A DNA stretch of 52,860 nt from a virus (lineage: Duplodnaviria; Caudoviricetes): the IMG/VR virus record IMGVR_UViG_3300044984_001420, positions 1 to 52,860 of that record. The stretch is one strand, 5' to 3'. Each line of letters opens with the position of its first letter. Within the stretch, counting starts at the first letter, position 1. Positions 44,943 through 52,860 of this stretch are shown here, one piece after another. Below the pieces are notes generated by a model. The model had not been told where the DNA came from. It worked only from the letters and a program-made list of their open reading frames with translations, and did not search any database. Made by a program: the position numbers and the translations under genes.

Positions 44943-45500
44943 ATGAGCGAAAATATTAATGACTACGATGATGACGGTGAAACAGTAGTAAGAGACATGC
45001 TGCGTTTCACAGTTAAAGATGACGCGGAAGCGTCATGGGCCATGAGAAAACTCCTCAACATAAAATCGAAAATGTTGGAAAACGAGGAGATGGCAAAAGC
45101 CGAGCGAGCAAGAATTGACAATTGGTTGGTTCGAGTTAACGGCAGATTTGAAACAGAGGTTTCATATTTCGAGGCCATACTCACGCAATATGCTCGGACG
45201 CAAAGACAAAATGAAGGTCGTAAAACCATTGATACTCCTTACGGAACTGTCAAGTCGCGAGCAACACACTCAAAATTCAAGGTAGAGAACGTAGAAGAAT
45301 TTCTACAGTGGGCTAGTATCAACGCCCCAGAACTGGTCAACATCAAAACAAGCCCGAACCTTGCGGCTTTGAAAGATTTTGCCAGCATAGAAGAAACACA
45401 AACCCTCGGATCAGTAGCCATGACAATTGATGGGGAAATTATTCCCGGTGTCATTGTGGATCCGGCTGACATCAATTTCACTGTGGAGGTGGCATCATGA
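44943..45500 (+). CDS. Mu Gam-like host-nuclease inhibitor
   Basis: F.V.DD..A.WAMRKL...I..W...L..Y...KTI.TPYGTV..R. Confidence 0.8.
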   Translation: MSENINDYDDDGETVVRDMLRFTVKDDAEASWAMRKLLNIKSKMLENEEMAKAERARIDNWLVRVNGRFETEVSYFEAILTQYARTQRQNEGRKTIDTPYGTVKSRATHSKFKVENVEEFLQWASINAPELVNIKTSPNLAALKDFASIEETQTLGSVAMTIDGEIIPGVIVDPADINFTVEVAS

Positions 45501-46135
45501 GTTTGACTCAAGAACAAGTAAAAGAATTACTCAAGCCAATTGACCCTGCCCGGGTAAGTAAGGACGGGAAAGGCTTTTCGCACGTTGAAGCGTGGGATAT
45601 CCGCCGGACCATGAATCAGATTTTTGGGTTCGGTAACTGGTCGTCTGATGTTCATCGCATGGAACTCGTTGCTGAGCGCGAGGTTCAAAGCAAAGATGGA
45701 AAGACACGATGGAACGTGATTTATCGTGCTCAATGCTCTTTGCGTATTGGCGAGATATTTGGCGACACTTCCTCGTATACGGAGTGGGCGGCTGGAGATG
45801 CCACCAACCCAACTCTTGCCGATGCTCATGATCAGGCAATTAAGACAGCCGAATCACAGGCGTTCAAGCGTTGCGCTGTGAACCTTGGCGATCAATTTGG
45901 TTTATCTCTGTACAAGAACGGATCGACTGTTGCATCGGTTGGCGAGATTGTTGGTCAGGAACATGAGCATGCTGCCAATGTAGCCACTTGGGTTACGGAT
46001 TTGCTGAACGCTGAAACCGAAGAGGCTTTGGCTGAGGTGGTGTCCCAGATCCGTGGTGCAGATATTTCCTCGCGTGATCGCGCAATCTTGACGCAAGGAT
46101 ACAAGAGGGCTCAAGCACGAGTTAATCCTTCATGA
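45497..46135 (+). CDS. Rad52/Sak-like single-strand annealing protein
   Basis: SHVEAWDIR..MN.IFGF.NWS...A.KTAESQAFKRCAVNLGDQFGLSLY. Confidence 0.9.
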   Translation: MSLTQEQVKELLKPIDPARVSKDGKGFSHVEAWDIRRTMNQIFGFGNWSSDVHRMELVAEREVQSKDGKTRWNVIYRAQCSLRIGEIFGDTSSYTEWAAGDATNPTLADAHDQAIKTAESQAFKRCAVNLGDQFGLSLYKNGSTVASVGEIVGQEHEHAANVATWVTDLLNAETEEALAEVVSQIRGADISSRDRAILTQGYKRAQARVNPS

Positions 46136-46893
46136 GCGTGAGAGTGATGTCTCAAGTCTGGGATATCGATTTGCCTACGAGCGAGAAAATGGTTCTTCTC
46201 GTCATTGCTGATCACGCTGATGATGAGGGCACAAATTCGTGGCCGAGCATGGCAACCATCGCTCGTAAGGCAAGTATCTCTTCGCGTCAGGCTCAACGAT
46301 TGATTAAGTCGCTGTCTGATGCCGGTCTGTTATCTGTCGAGGATCAGGCGGGAGGTCATCGTGAAATGCGTGATGATCGTCGTCCCAATCGTTACACAGT
46401 CACTTTGAGCGGGGCGACACGGACGACATCCCGTAAGGTAGAACGGGGTGACAAGGAACCCGCACGGGGTGTCACCCATGACGTCGACGGGGTGTCACCC
46501 ATGTCACCCAAACCATCCTTAGAACCATCCTTAATAGAACCACCCATTAATATTGATCATCGGCGGGCTCTCGGTGCCTATTTTGAAATCTTCTGGCAGA
46601 CCTACCCGCGCAAGGTTGGGAAGGCTGCAGCCGAGAAGGCATTCAAAAAGATTATTCAAACCGTGGACCCGTCTGTCATTCTTGATGGCGCTTTGCGTTA
46701 TGCGATGGATCCAAATCGAGATGACGAATTCACGGCTCATCCGACAACTTGGTTGAACGCTGGCCGCTGGGAAGATGAACCAATGCCAATGCGGGGGCGT
46801 CAATCGGGCACTAGAGCCTATTTGGAGGCTTCTAAGGCTCTTTCATCACCGTTCGGGTATCTGGAACTGGAGTCACCCAATGAACCCTTCTGA
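46132..46893 (+). CDS. replication initiator (N-terminal wHTH)
   Basis: EKMVLL.IADHA...G..SWPS..TIA; C-terminal FE.FW..YPRKVGK..A.KAF...HP.TWLN..RWED; internal iterons. Confidence 0.9.
   Translation: MSVRVMSQVWDIDLPTSEKMVLLVIADHADDEGTNSWPSMATIARKASISSRQAQRLIKSLSDAGLLSVEDQAGGHREMRDDRRPNRYTVTLSGATRTTSRKVERGDKEPARGVTHDVDGVSPMSPKPSLEPSLIEPPINIDHRRALGAYFEIFWQTYPRKVGKAAAEKAFKKIIQTVDPSVILDGALRYAMDPNRDDEFTAHPTTWLNAGRWEDEPMPMRGRQSGTRAYLEASKALSSPFGYLELESPNEPF
46410..46533. repeat. iteron-like repeats, probable replication origin
   Basis: ACGGGGTGTCACCCATG at 46464 and 46487; CGGGG(T/C)GACA at 46444 and 46410; AACCATCCTTA at 46511 and 46523. Confidence 0.75.
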
Positions 46894-47242
46894 GGCCGCT
46901 GAATTGCTCGCTGTTGCTTCTGCGTTAGATCCACGACTACGACCCCCATCGGTGGAAGATGCACGCGCCCGGGCCACGTTGTGGTCACAAACGCTCGACA
47001 CGGACATGCCAGTGTCAGTAGCCGGAAAACTGGTCACTTGGCACTACAAGGAATCTACTGATGGGGTGATGCCTGCTCACATCAATAGACTCTGGAGGCA
47101 ACACAGACGAAATGAGTCTGAGGCAAACAGGGCAGCCATCGAACAAAAACAGGCCAGTGACGTTGCGGCCCTGAGCGTGCCGATGCCTCCCGAAGTGAAA
47201 GAGAAACTAATGAAGACACTTAAAACGACCAGAACACCATGA
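46880..47242 (+). CDS. replication accessory protein (helicase loader/inhibitor-like)
   Basis: EAA.LLA.A...D.R...W...L...A...V..HY......MPAHI; follows the initiator. Confidence 0.65.
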   Translation: MNPSEAAELLAVASALDPRLRPPSVEDARARATLWSQTLDTDMPVSVAGKLVTWHYKESTDGVMPAHINRLWRQHRRNESEANRAAIEQKQASDVAALSVPMPPEVKEKLMKTLKTTRTP

Positions 47243-47667
47243 GCACAGCAGCGCGAGAACGGATCATCGAAAGAGCAAACGGTGCCTGCGAACTGTGCTA
47301 CGGACCGCTAACAATCATGAGTTTGCATCACAGGCGACCACGAGGAATGGGAGGAACAAAATCACCGTGGATCCATGACCCCGAAAATCTGTTGGCCTTG
47401 TGCGGAACAGGGACCAGTGGCTGTCACGGGAAAGTAGAATCATTCCGGGACATGGCTTACCGTTACGGCTGGCTTGTACGTTACGGAACTATCCCTCACG
47501 GCATCATTTTTGCGGATCTTCACGGAAAATGGTGGCTGCTGCATGAAGAACAAAAAATGGAAGTAATTTTACCGTTCGAATATCTTAACCCAAGTTCAAT
47601 CAATCCACACCCGAGTGTAGGATTAACTACCACCCCACGAGAGGAAAACAATGAGCACGCCTACTGA
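47239..47667 (+). CDS. HNH endonuclease-like protein
   Basis: RA.G.CE.C, HHR.PRGMGG, NL..LCG.GT.GCHG. Confidence 0.85.
   Translation: MSTAARERIIERANGACELCYGPLTIMSLHHRRPRGMGGTKSPWIHDPENLLALCGTGTSGCHGKVESFRDMAYRYGWLVRYGTIPHGIIFADLHGKWWLLHEEQKMEVILPFEYLNPSSINPHPSVGLTTTPREENNEHAY
47613..47637 (+). promoter_or_regulatory. promoter variant upstream of the HTH gene
   Basis: GAGTGTAGGATTAACTACCACCCC resembles GGGTGTATGATTCATACAACCCC at 44.9 kb. Confidence 0.45.
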
Positions 47668-47899
47668 AATGTTGAAAGCCCCTGAATATCCTGAACTGGT
47701 CGACATTAAAACGTTAACAGACATGATCAGGAATCATCAACGAGCCATCGAAGAAATATCACAGACACGAAAAGTAAACATCTTGTCGCTGCGGCGCAAA
47801 AGAATTACTTACAGGGAAATCGCTGCAGCAATGGGAGTGACCGAACAATCCGTGTACAAGATTCTTCGCGACACAATCAAGGCACAAAAATCGTTGTGA
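47651..47899 (+). CDS. HTH DNA-binding protein
   Basis: ITYREIAAAMGVTEQSVYKIL. Confidence 0.85.
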   Translation: MSTPTEMLKAPEYPELVDIKTLTDMIRNHQRAIEEISQTRKVNILSLRRKRITYREIAAAMGVTEQSVYKILRDTIKAQKSL

Positions 47900-48303
47900 A
47901 ACTTGAACTGACGGTGATGGGCGACCCAAAACCACAAGGATCTAAAAGAGGTTTCGTCACAAAAACGGGGAAAGTTGCTTTAGTTGAAATGGCAGGCAAT
48001 CCCCTGAAATTGTGGCGTGAATCGATAGCATTGATAGCACAAGCCGAAGCGAAGAAACAAAACTGGGAAGTGACAGATCAACCTGTTTCGATGGAAATAA
48101 TCTTTTACATGAAGAAACCACAAAAACCTAAATTTTCGCTCCCGGCGGTACGCCCCGACATAGACAAACTGTTACGGGCACTACTCGACGGACTAACGCA
48201 AGCCAAAACCGTGTATTTGGATGACTCACAAGTATGTATCTTGCAGGCCAGCAAAATGTATGGCGAGCCCCGCGTGGAGATAAAACTATGGACGACCCTT
48301 TAA
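47896..48303 (+). CDS. rusA: RusA Holliday junction resolvase
   Basis: G.PKPQGSKR, PDIDKLLRALLDGLT, DDSQV...K.Y. Confidence 0.93.
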   Translation: MKLELTVMGDPKPQGSKRGFVTKTGKVALVEMAGNPLKLWRESIALIAQAEAKKQNWEVTDQPVSMEIIFYMKKPQKPKFSLPAVRPDIDKLLRALLDGLTQAKTVYLDDSQVCILQASKMYGEPRVEIKLWTTL

Positions 48304-48422
48304 TACCCTGCCAACGATGTGGACTAGATGGGGGGAAAGCATTCAACGGTTGGGCTTTAATTTGCCAACCCTGCCAAGACAAAGACCTCAATGAACTATT
48401 TGATGACAGGGGGGAATCGTGA
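48288..48422 (+). CDS. small CxxC protein
   Basis: RBS GGAG; CQRC...CQPC. Confidence 0.5.
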   Translation: MDDPLIPCQRCGLDGGKAFNGWALICQPCQDKDLNELFDDRGES

Positions 48423-48868
48423 ACGCAATATTGGAAACAGCCCTAGACAGGGACAGGGAAGAACTCACCATCATGCGGATCACACACAGGACAGGGTCAC
48501 AAGCCCACAGGCTCCCATCGTTTAGTGTCGCTGACTACATGATCACAGGTGAAAACACAGTCAAATCTTTCGTGGAACTCAAAATCAGGAAAGAAACAGA
48601 AGAACAAGTGCGCTCCTACGGTGGCATCATGTTCAAACACAAAAAACTCCAAGCACTCCAACAACTCAGCGCACTCACAAACACACCCGTCATCATCGTG
48701 TTTGCTTTCGAAAACGGAACAGGAACTATTCGAGGTGCAGCCGCGTCTAAGATCCCGAACTACACACCCGAAACACCACCACGTCGACGCAACTATCGTG
48801 GACTCCCAACAGATGAAGAGCCAGTAATTTACCTTGACTGGGAAAAAGATTTGCCTTACAGATGGTAG
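48419..48868 (+). CDS. PD-(D/E)xK nuclease-like protein
   Basis: ADY...FVELKIR motif; R....DEEPV. Confidence 0.65.
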   Translation: MNAILETALDRDREELTIMRITHRTGSQAHRLPSFSVADYMITGENTVKSFVELKIRKETEEQVRSYGGIMFKHKKLQALQQLSALTNTPVIIVFAFENGTGTIRGAAASKIPNYTPETPPRRRNYRGLPTDEEPVIYLDWEKDLPYRW

Positions 48869-48877
48869 AATAAACCG

Positions 48878-49423
48878 ATGTCAAATTATTGGACCAAACG
48901 ATCTTTTGCGGAACTTTCAACCGAACCGATAGATCTTTCAAGGCGCGGCTTGGTTTATCAAGCATCGGTGGACAGGACTCTTGGGAACGGGGCTAGTGCT
49001 TCCGCTCAAATGCAGACGGGTTCAGTAAGTACAGTTGTATATCTTCGTGAGGGAACGGCAACACTTGATTCTATCGCGTTTAAGTTATTTGAGGTTTCTG
49101 CAACGAGTGGCGTTTCAGGTTCAGCGCATGGTCAAAACTTGAATCGTCTGGTAACGAATAGTGCTTCAATTAGTCAGGCAGTTTTTTCGGCTTCTGTGAC
49201 TGGAGCAAGTGTTACTAATTTATTGGCTTATGACATTATTCCCGGCGGGAACAAATCTGGTGGGACTTCTATTTGTAATAAAGTTCGGACGTTACAACCG
49301 GATACTAAATATCTTTTTGAGTTTAAGAATCTGGGGAACGCAACTACTTTGGTTCACGCGACCCTAATCTTCTCTGAAGGAGAACCAGACACTTACAACA
49401 TCATCACGCAAGTGGAAAACTAG
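48878..49423 (+). CDS. hypothetical Ser/Thr-rich beta protein (possibly virion)
   Basis: Composition resembles the structural proteins (SAS motifs). Confidence 0.55.
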   Translation: MSNYWTKRSFAELSTEPIDLSRRGLVYQASVDRTLGNGASASAQMQTGSVSTVVYLREGTATLDSIAFKLFEVSATSGVSGSAHGQNLNRLVTNSASISQAVFSASVTGASVTNLLAYDIIPGGNKSGGTSICNKVRTLQPDTKYLFEFKNLGNATTLVHATLIFSEGEPDTYNIITQVEN

Positions 49424-49447
49424 ACCCCCGTAAGGTAAACTAATCGC

Positions 49448-49801
49448 ATGATCCCAAACCATGCACAAGCACTAGAACGCCTAGCCGAACTCTCACGAAT
49501 GCTCGACAAAGCAACAGAAGAAGTCGCCTTCATTGACGAGCAAGCCGTACACGCTAAACAATCCTACGAAGTTGCCTACGCCAGAGCCTTCCTCGACTCC
49601 ATCGGAAGCATGGACCTACGCAAACAAATAGCCATATACGAAACACAAACCGAAAACCTCACAGCAGAACTCGCTGCAGCACAACTCAGGGCCATCAAAG
49701 AAAGAATCCGCACACTAGGCACACAAATCGAGGTAGGCAGATCACTCGCCTCAGCACACAAAAACCAGTACCTAGCCGAAACAGCCGGACAATACACTTA
49801 A
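49448..49801 (+). CDS. hypothetical coiled-coil protein
   Basis: Long helical ORF. Confidence 0.65.
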   Translation: MIPNHAQALERLAELSRMLDKATEEVAFIDEQAVHAKQSYEVAYARAFLDSIGSMDLRKQIAIYETQTENLTAELAAAQLRAIKERIRTLGTQIEVGRSLASAHKNQYLAETAGQYT

Positions 49802-49810
49802 GATAACCCC

Positions 49811-50296
49811 ATGACGACTAAACCCCCCGCTCGTAAACAAGGACGCAACACGCTCCTCACAGACCTACGAAAAGAAACCATTTGCACCATGCTCCAAGCC
49901 GGATCCTACGTCGACGACGCCTGCAGGGCAGTAGGAATACACAGATCCACTTTCTACAACTGGATGCAAAGAGGAAACATTCAAAGGGAACGCCAAGGCG
50001 CAGGTCTGCCAGTAGAAGAGAACGAAGCCCAATATCTCGACTTTCTCGACACAATAGAAGTTGCTGACGCTGAAGGAATCATCAGTCACCTCATGAATAT
50101 TGATAATGCTGCCAAGAATGGTGCATGGCAAGCGTCAGCATGGATCCTCGAAAGGAAACAACCTAAAAAGTGGGGACGCTACGACAGAACCGAGATCAGT
50201 GGACCTGACGGTGGAGCCATCCAAATCAATGTGACCACGGAAGAACTGGAACGCAAAATCAGTCACATCCTGAAGACCCGTGAAATCGAAGCATGA
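49811..50296 (+). CDS. terS: terminase small subunit
   Basis: HTH (AC.AVGI.RSTFYNW), WQASAWILER..P..WGR, EISGPDGG.I; coupled to TerL. Confidence 0.88.
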   Translation: MTTKPPARKQGRNTLLTDLRKETICTMLQAGSYVDDACRAVGIHRSTFYNWMQRGNIQRERQGAGLPVEENEAQYLDFLDTIEVADAEGIISHLMNIDNAAKNGAWQASAWILERKQPKKWGRYDRTEISGPDGGAIQINVTTEELERKISHILKTREIEA

Positions 50297-51918
50297 GACT
50301 CGTAGACCAAATACTTGAAGCGTCAAGGGAAGAACGCTACAACATTTACTCGAAACTCAACCCTGACGAAAAAGCATCCCTCAACATGCTTTTGGAGGCG
50401 GAACAAAATAATCCGTGGGCACGCTACGAAACCGATCCTGTCGGATTTATTAACGACGGGTTAGGGGAGACTCTTTGGTCGAAGCAAATCGAGATTGCTC
50501 ACTCGGTGGTCAACAATCAGCGTACCGCTGTAGCAGCGTGCCACGCACCCGGAAAGTCTCACCTGTCAGCCCGTATCGTTTCATGGTGGATCGCCTCCCA
50601 CGCCCCGGGTACAGCCCTAGCAATCACCATCGCCCCGACACACAGGCAGGTCCGCAACATTATTTGGCCCCACATCCGCAGATGCCATTTCATGGCTAGG
50701 TTGCCCGGGGAAGTCCTCACACAAACATGGAAGATCGGCGGGGACGTTGTCGCCTACGGTTTCAGCCCGTCACCTTACGATGAAGCGGCCACACAGGGCA
50801 TCCACGCACCAAACCTGTTGATCGTGGTGGATGAGGCCGGTGGTATCGGTGAAGTGGTAGGTCAAGCCCTAGAAGCCCTCATGACGGGTGGCAACACCCG
50901 GTTGTTACTGCTCGGTAACCCACCGACAGATCACGAGGATTCATGGTTTGAAAGATGCTACGAGTCACCGTTGTACAACACGATCACCATCGGGGCTTAT
51001 GACACACCAAACTTCACAGGTGAAACAGTCGGTATCTGCAAAACGTGTCCACCACAAGTGGGTCAACACTTGATCACAAAGCACCTTGTTGACGATAGGT
51101 GGGTCCAAGACGTCATCACCGAGTTTGGTGCAGATTCACCTTTCGTCGAGGCCCGGGTGTACGCACGATTTCCACGCTCAACAGCCAACAAAGTCATCCC
51201 GTTCAGTTGGTGCGAGAAAGCATCAAACAACGAGGAACCAATCATGGGCAACCATATTCGCCTCGGAATCGATATCGCTGCAGATGGCGGCGACGAATTC
51301 GTGATAGCAAAAGCCGACGGATACAAAGTAAACATCGTTCACCGCTCCAGTGGTAAAGCCAACGAGAATGCTGTCGATGTCGCTAACGTGTGTTTGCATC
51401 ACATCAGGGAGGCTGAGGAAACTCACATGGCCCGCGAGTTGACGGAACCTCCACGCATCAAAATCGACACAATTGGTGTCGGTTGGGGTGTCGTGTCGAT
51501 TCTACAAAAATGGGGTCAGGAAGGAAAACACAGATCCCAAATCGTTCCCGTCAATGTGGCCGAGCGTGCAAAAGATCCCGAGAAGTTCCGCAACATTAGA
51601 TCCGAATTGTGGTGGAACGGCAGAGGACTTTTGCAGCCCGATCAAGATGGACGCCAAAATCTTGCTCTGGACACTGAACGCAAAGTCATGTCGCAGTTAG
51701 CCGGACCAACTTTCAAAGCAGATTCTGCCGGACGCATCCAAATCGAAACCAAAGTCGAAATGAAACGCAGGGGAGTGTCCAGCCCGGATCAGGCTGAAGC
51801 CGTACTTCTAGCAATTTATGAGCCACCGGGCAAAAACATTCCCAACGTGTCACCGATTGGATTCAGTCAATCAAACGAATTTAGTAGCATCAATTTCGGT
51901 AATAGCCTCGTTTTTTAG
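50293..51918 (+). CDS. terL: terminase large subunit
   Basis: Walker A variant ACHAPGKS, Walker B IVVDEA, LGNP, GIDIA..G.D, SPDQAEA. Confidence 0.95.
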   Translation: MRLVDQILEASREERYNIYSKLNPDEKASLNMLLEAEQNNPWARYETDPVGFINDGLGETLWSKQIEIAHSVVNNQRTAVAACHAPGKSHLSARIVSWWIASHAPGTALAITIAPTHRQVRNIIWPHIRRCHFMARLPGEVLTQTWKIGGDVVAYGFSPSPYDEAATQGIHAPNLLIVVDEAGGIGEVVGQALEALMTGGNTRLLLLGNPPTDHEDSWFERCYESPLYNTITIGAYDTPNFTGETVGICKTCPPQVGQHLITKHLVDDRWVQDVITEFGADSPFVEARVYARFPRSTANKVIPFSWCEKASNNEEPIMGNHIRLGIDIAADGGDEFVIAKADGYKVNIVHRSSGKANENAVDVANVCLHHIREAEETHMARELTEPPRIKIDTIGVGWGVVSILQKWGQEGKHRSQIVPVNVAERAKDPEKFRNIRSELWWNGRGLLQPDQDGRQNLALDTERKVMSQLAGPTFKADSAGRIQIETKVEMKRRGVSSPDQAEAVLLAIYEPPGKNIPNVSPIGFSQSNEFSSINFGNSLVF

Positions 51919-51931
51919 GTAGGATCATTTC

Positions 51932-52705
51932 ATGCTACTTACACAAAACAGGGAGATGCGAGCCGATGGGGTATGGAACTTCACACTTCCTGCGTGGGTA
52001 GTCGAATTGCCGGATGGCTCACACATGAACGTATGCCCTAATGCTGGGGCTTGCGCTAAATTCTGTTACGCACGAAACGGCACATATTTGTTTCCAAAAG
52101 TAAAAGGGAAACACCTCAACAATTTGCTTCTCGTGCGAGATGACCCTGACTGGACAAAAGTCATGGCAACGGAATTGATGCTAAAAAAGTTGCAACCAAA
52201 AAATCTTTCTCGCATCATCCCCGGCCTAAATTCTGTTGATCATTTGAATTCTTGGATCCAGCAATGGATCACCTATGGGGGGCAAGCCGTCAGGATCCAC
52301 GACTCAGGTGACTTTTTCAACCGCGACTATCTGTACGGTTGGATTCGTTTAGCGTTCAAATTCCAAGACATTTTGTTTTACGCTTACACAAAAGAAGTCA
52401 AAATGTTGGAGGAAGTGAAACCTGATCTTCCCCCAAATTTTCAAATCGTTTATTCGATGGGTGGAAAGCAAGACATCCTTGTGAACAAAGAAACGATGCG
52501 TCACGCCGACGTATTCCCGGACCTTGAATCAATCGAGGCAGCCGGATACATGAGTCAACACGAATCAGACCTGTTAAGCGTCTTACTTCCCACAACACGA
52601 GTAGGGATCCCACAAAACAATATTCCGCATTTCAAGAAACGCTTAGATGGGCGAACATTTTCACAGGCACAGAAGGACCGTAAAAAGTCGACGTCATCGC
52701 CCTAA
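51932..52705 (+). CDS. Gp88-like protein
   Basis: CP.AG.C...CYA, VRIHDSGDFF, FYAYTK, P.NF...YS.GG. Confidence 0.8.
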   Translation: MLLTQNREMRADGVWNFTLPAWVVELPDGSHMNVCPNAGACAKFCYARNGTYLFPKVKGKHLNNLLLVRDDPDWTKVMATELMLKKLQPKNLSRIIPGLNSVDHLNSWIQQWITYGGQAVRIHDSGDFFNRDYLYGWIRLAFKFQDILFYAYTKEVKMLEEVKPDLPPNFQIVYSMGGKQDILVNKETMRHADVFPDLESIEAAGYMSQHESDLLSVLLPTTRVGIPQNNIPHFKKRLDGRTFSQAQKDRKKSTSSP

Positions 52706-52860
52706 GGCGACAGCCATCCTTGACCAAGCCAATGGTGTAGCCCCATCAGGTTGATAGCCTCCCGCACCACCAAACAAAATCGGTGTCGTGGGGAACTTGT
52801 CACGAACAGCCTCCATAGCGGACTCCATGCCATCGACCGTGTAATTGATGCTGGACAGTG
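52694..52860 (-). CDS. C-terminal fragment of a Zn-dependent HDAC/AcuC-family deacetylase (runs off the window; not in ORF track)
   Basis: Minus-strand translation LSSINYTVDGMESAMEAVRDKFPTTPILFGGAGGYQPDGATPLAWSRMAVALGR* matches the (DP)L..l.....G...P.l..ggGGY.......W end of HDAC folds. Confidence 0.65.
   Translation of the reverse strand, partial: LSSINYTVDGMESAMEAVRDKFPTTPILFGGAGGYQPDGATPLAWSRMAVALGR

Noticed and set aside
1-52860. Complete circular genome or prophage with integrase
   Set aside because: The two ends do not join (different partial genes at each edge), and no integrase, att site or host genes were recognised.

Overview
A large, incomplete piece of a tailed (siphovirus-type) phage genome. 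The host is almost certainly an actinobacterium (two WhiB genes, actinobacterial-type SSB). Almost all genes are on the + strand. Order: early small-gene clusters behind a repeated promoter/operator motif (0-7.2 kb); portal and MuF; a ~6.5 kb cassette of modular polyproteins; XkdF-type head protease, scaffold and capsid; neck; two tail-tube paralogues; tape measure; Gly-rich fibres; a glycosylation cluster; lysis; Gam/Sak/Rep/RusA; terminase; a Gp88-like gene; and a truncated deacetylase at the right edge. No integrase, tRNA or CRISPR array was seen. The most striking feature is the head-region cassette (9.8-17.0 kb). Five copies of a K-H-x(2-4)-H-[DN]-Q-x-x-H tag each precede a different enzyme-like domain (GNAT, glycosylase-like, GNAT, unknown, RelA/SpoT-like). 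Four of the five domains are followed by a short acidic partner: one free-standing, one nested out of frame, and two fused to the next gene, including the head protease itself. This suggests a protease-processed, capsid-loaded effector/immunity array. All family assignments come from motif recognition by eye, not from database searches.
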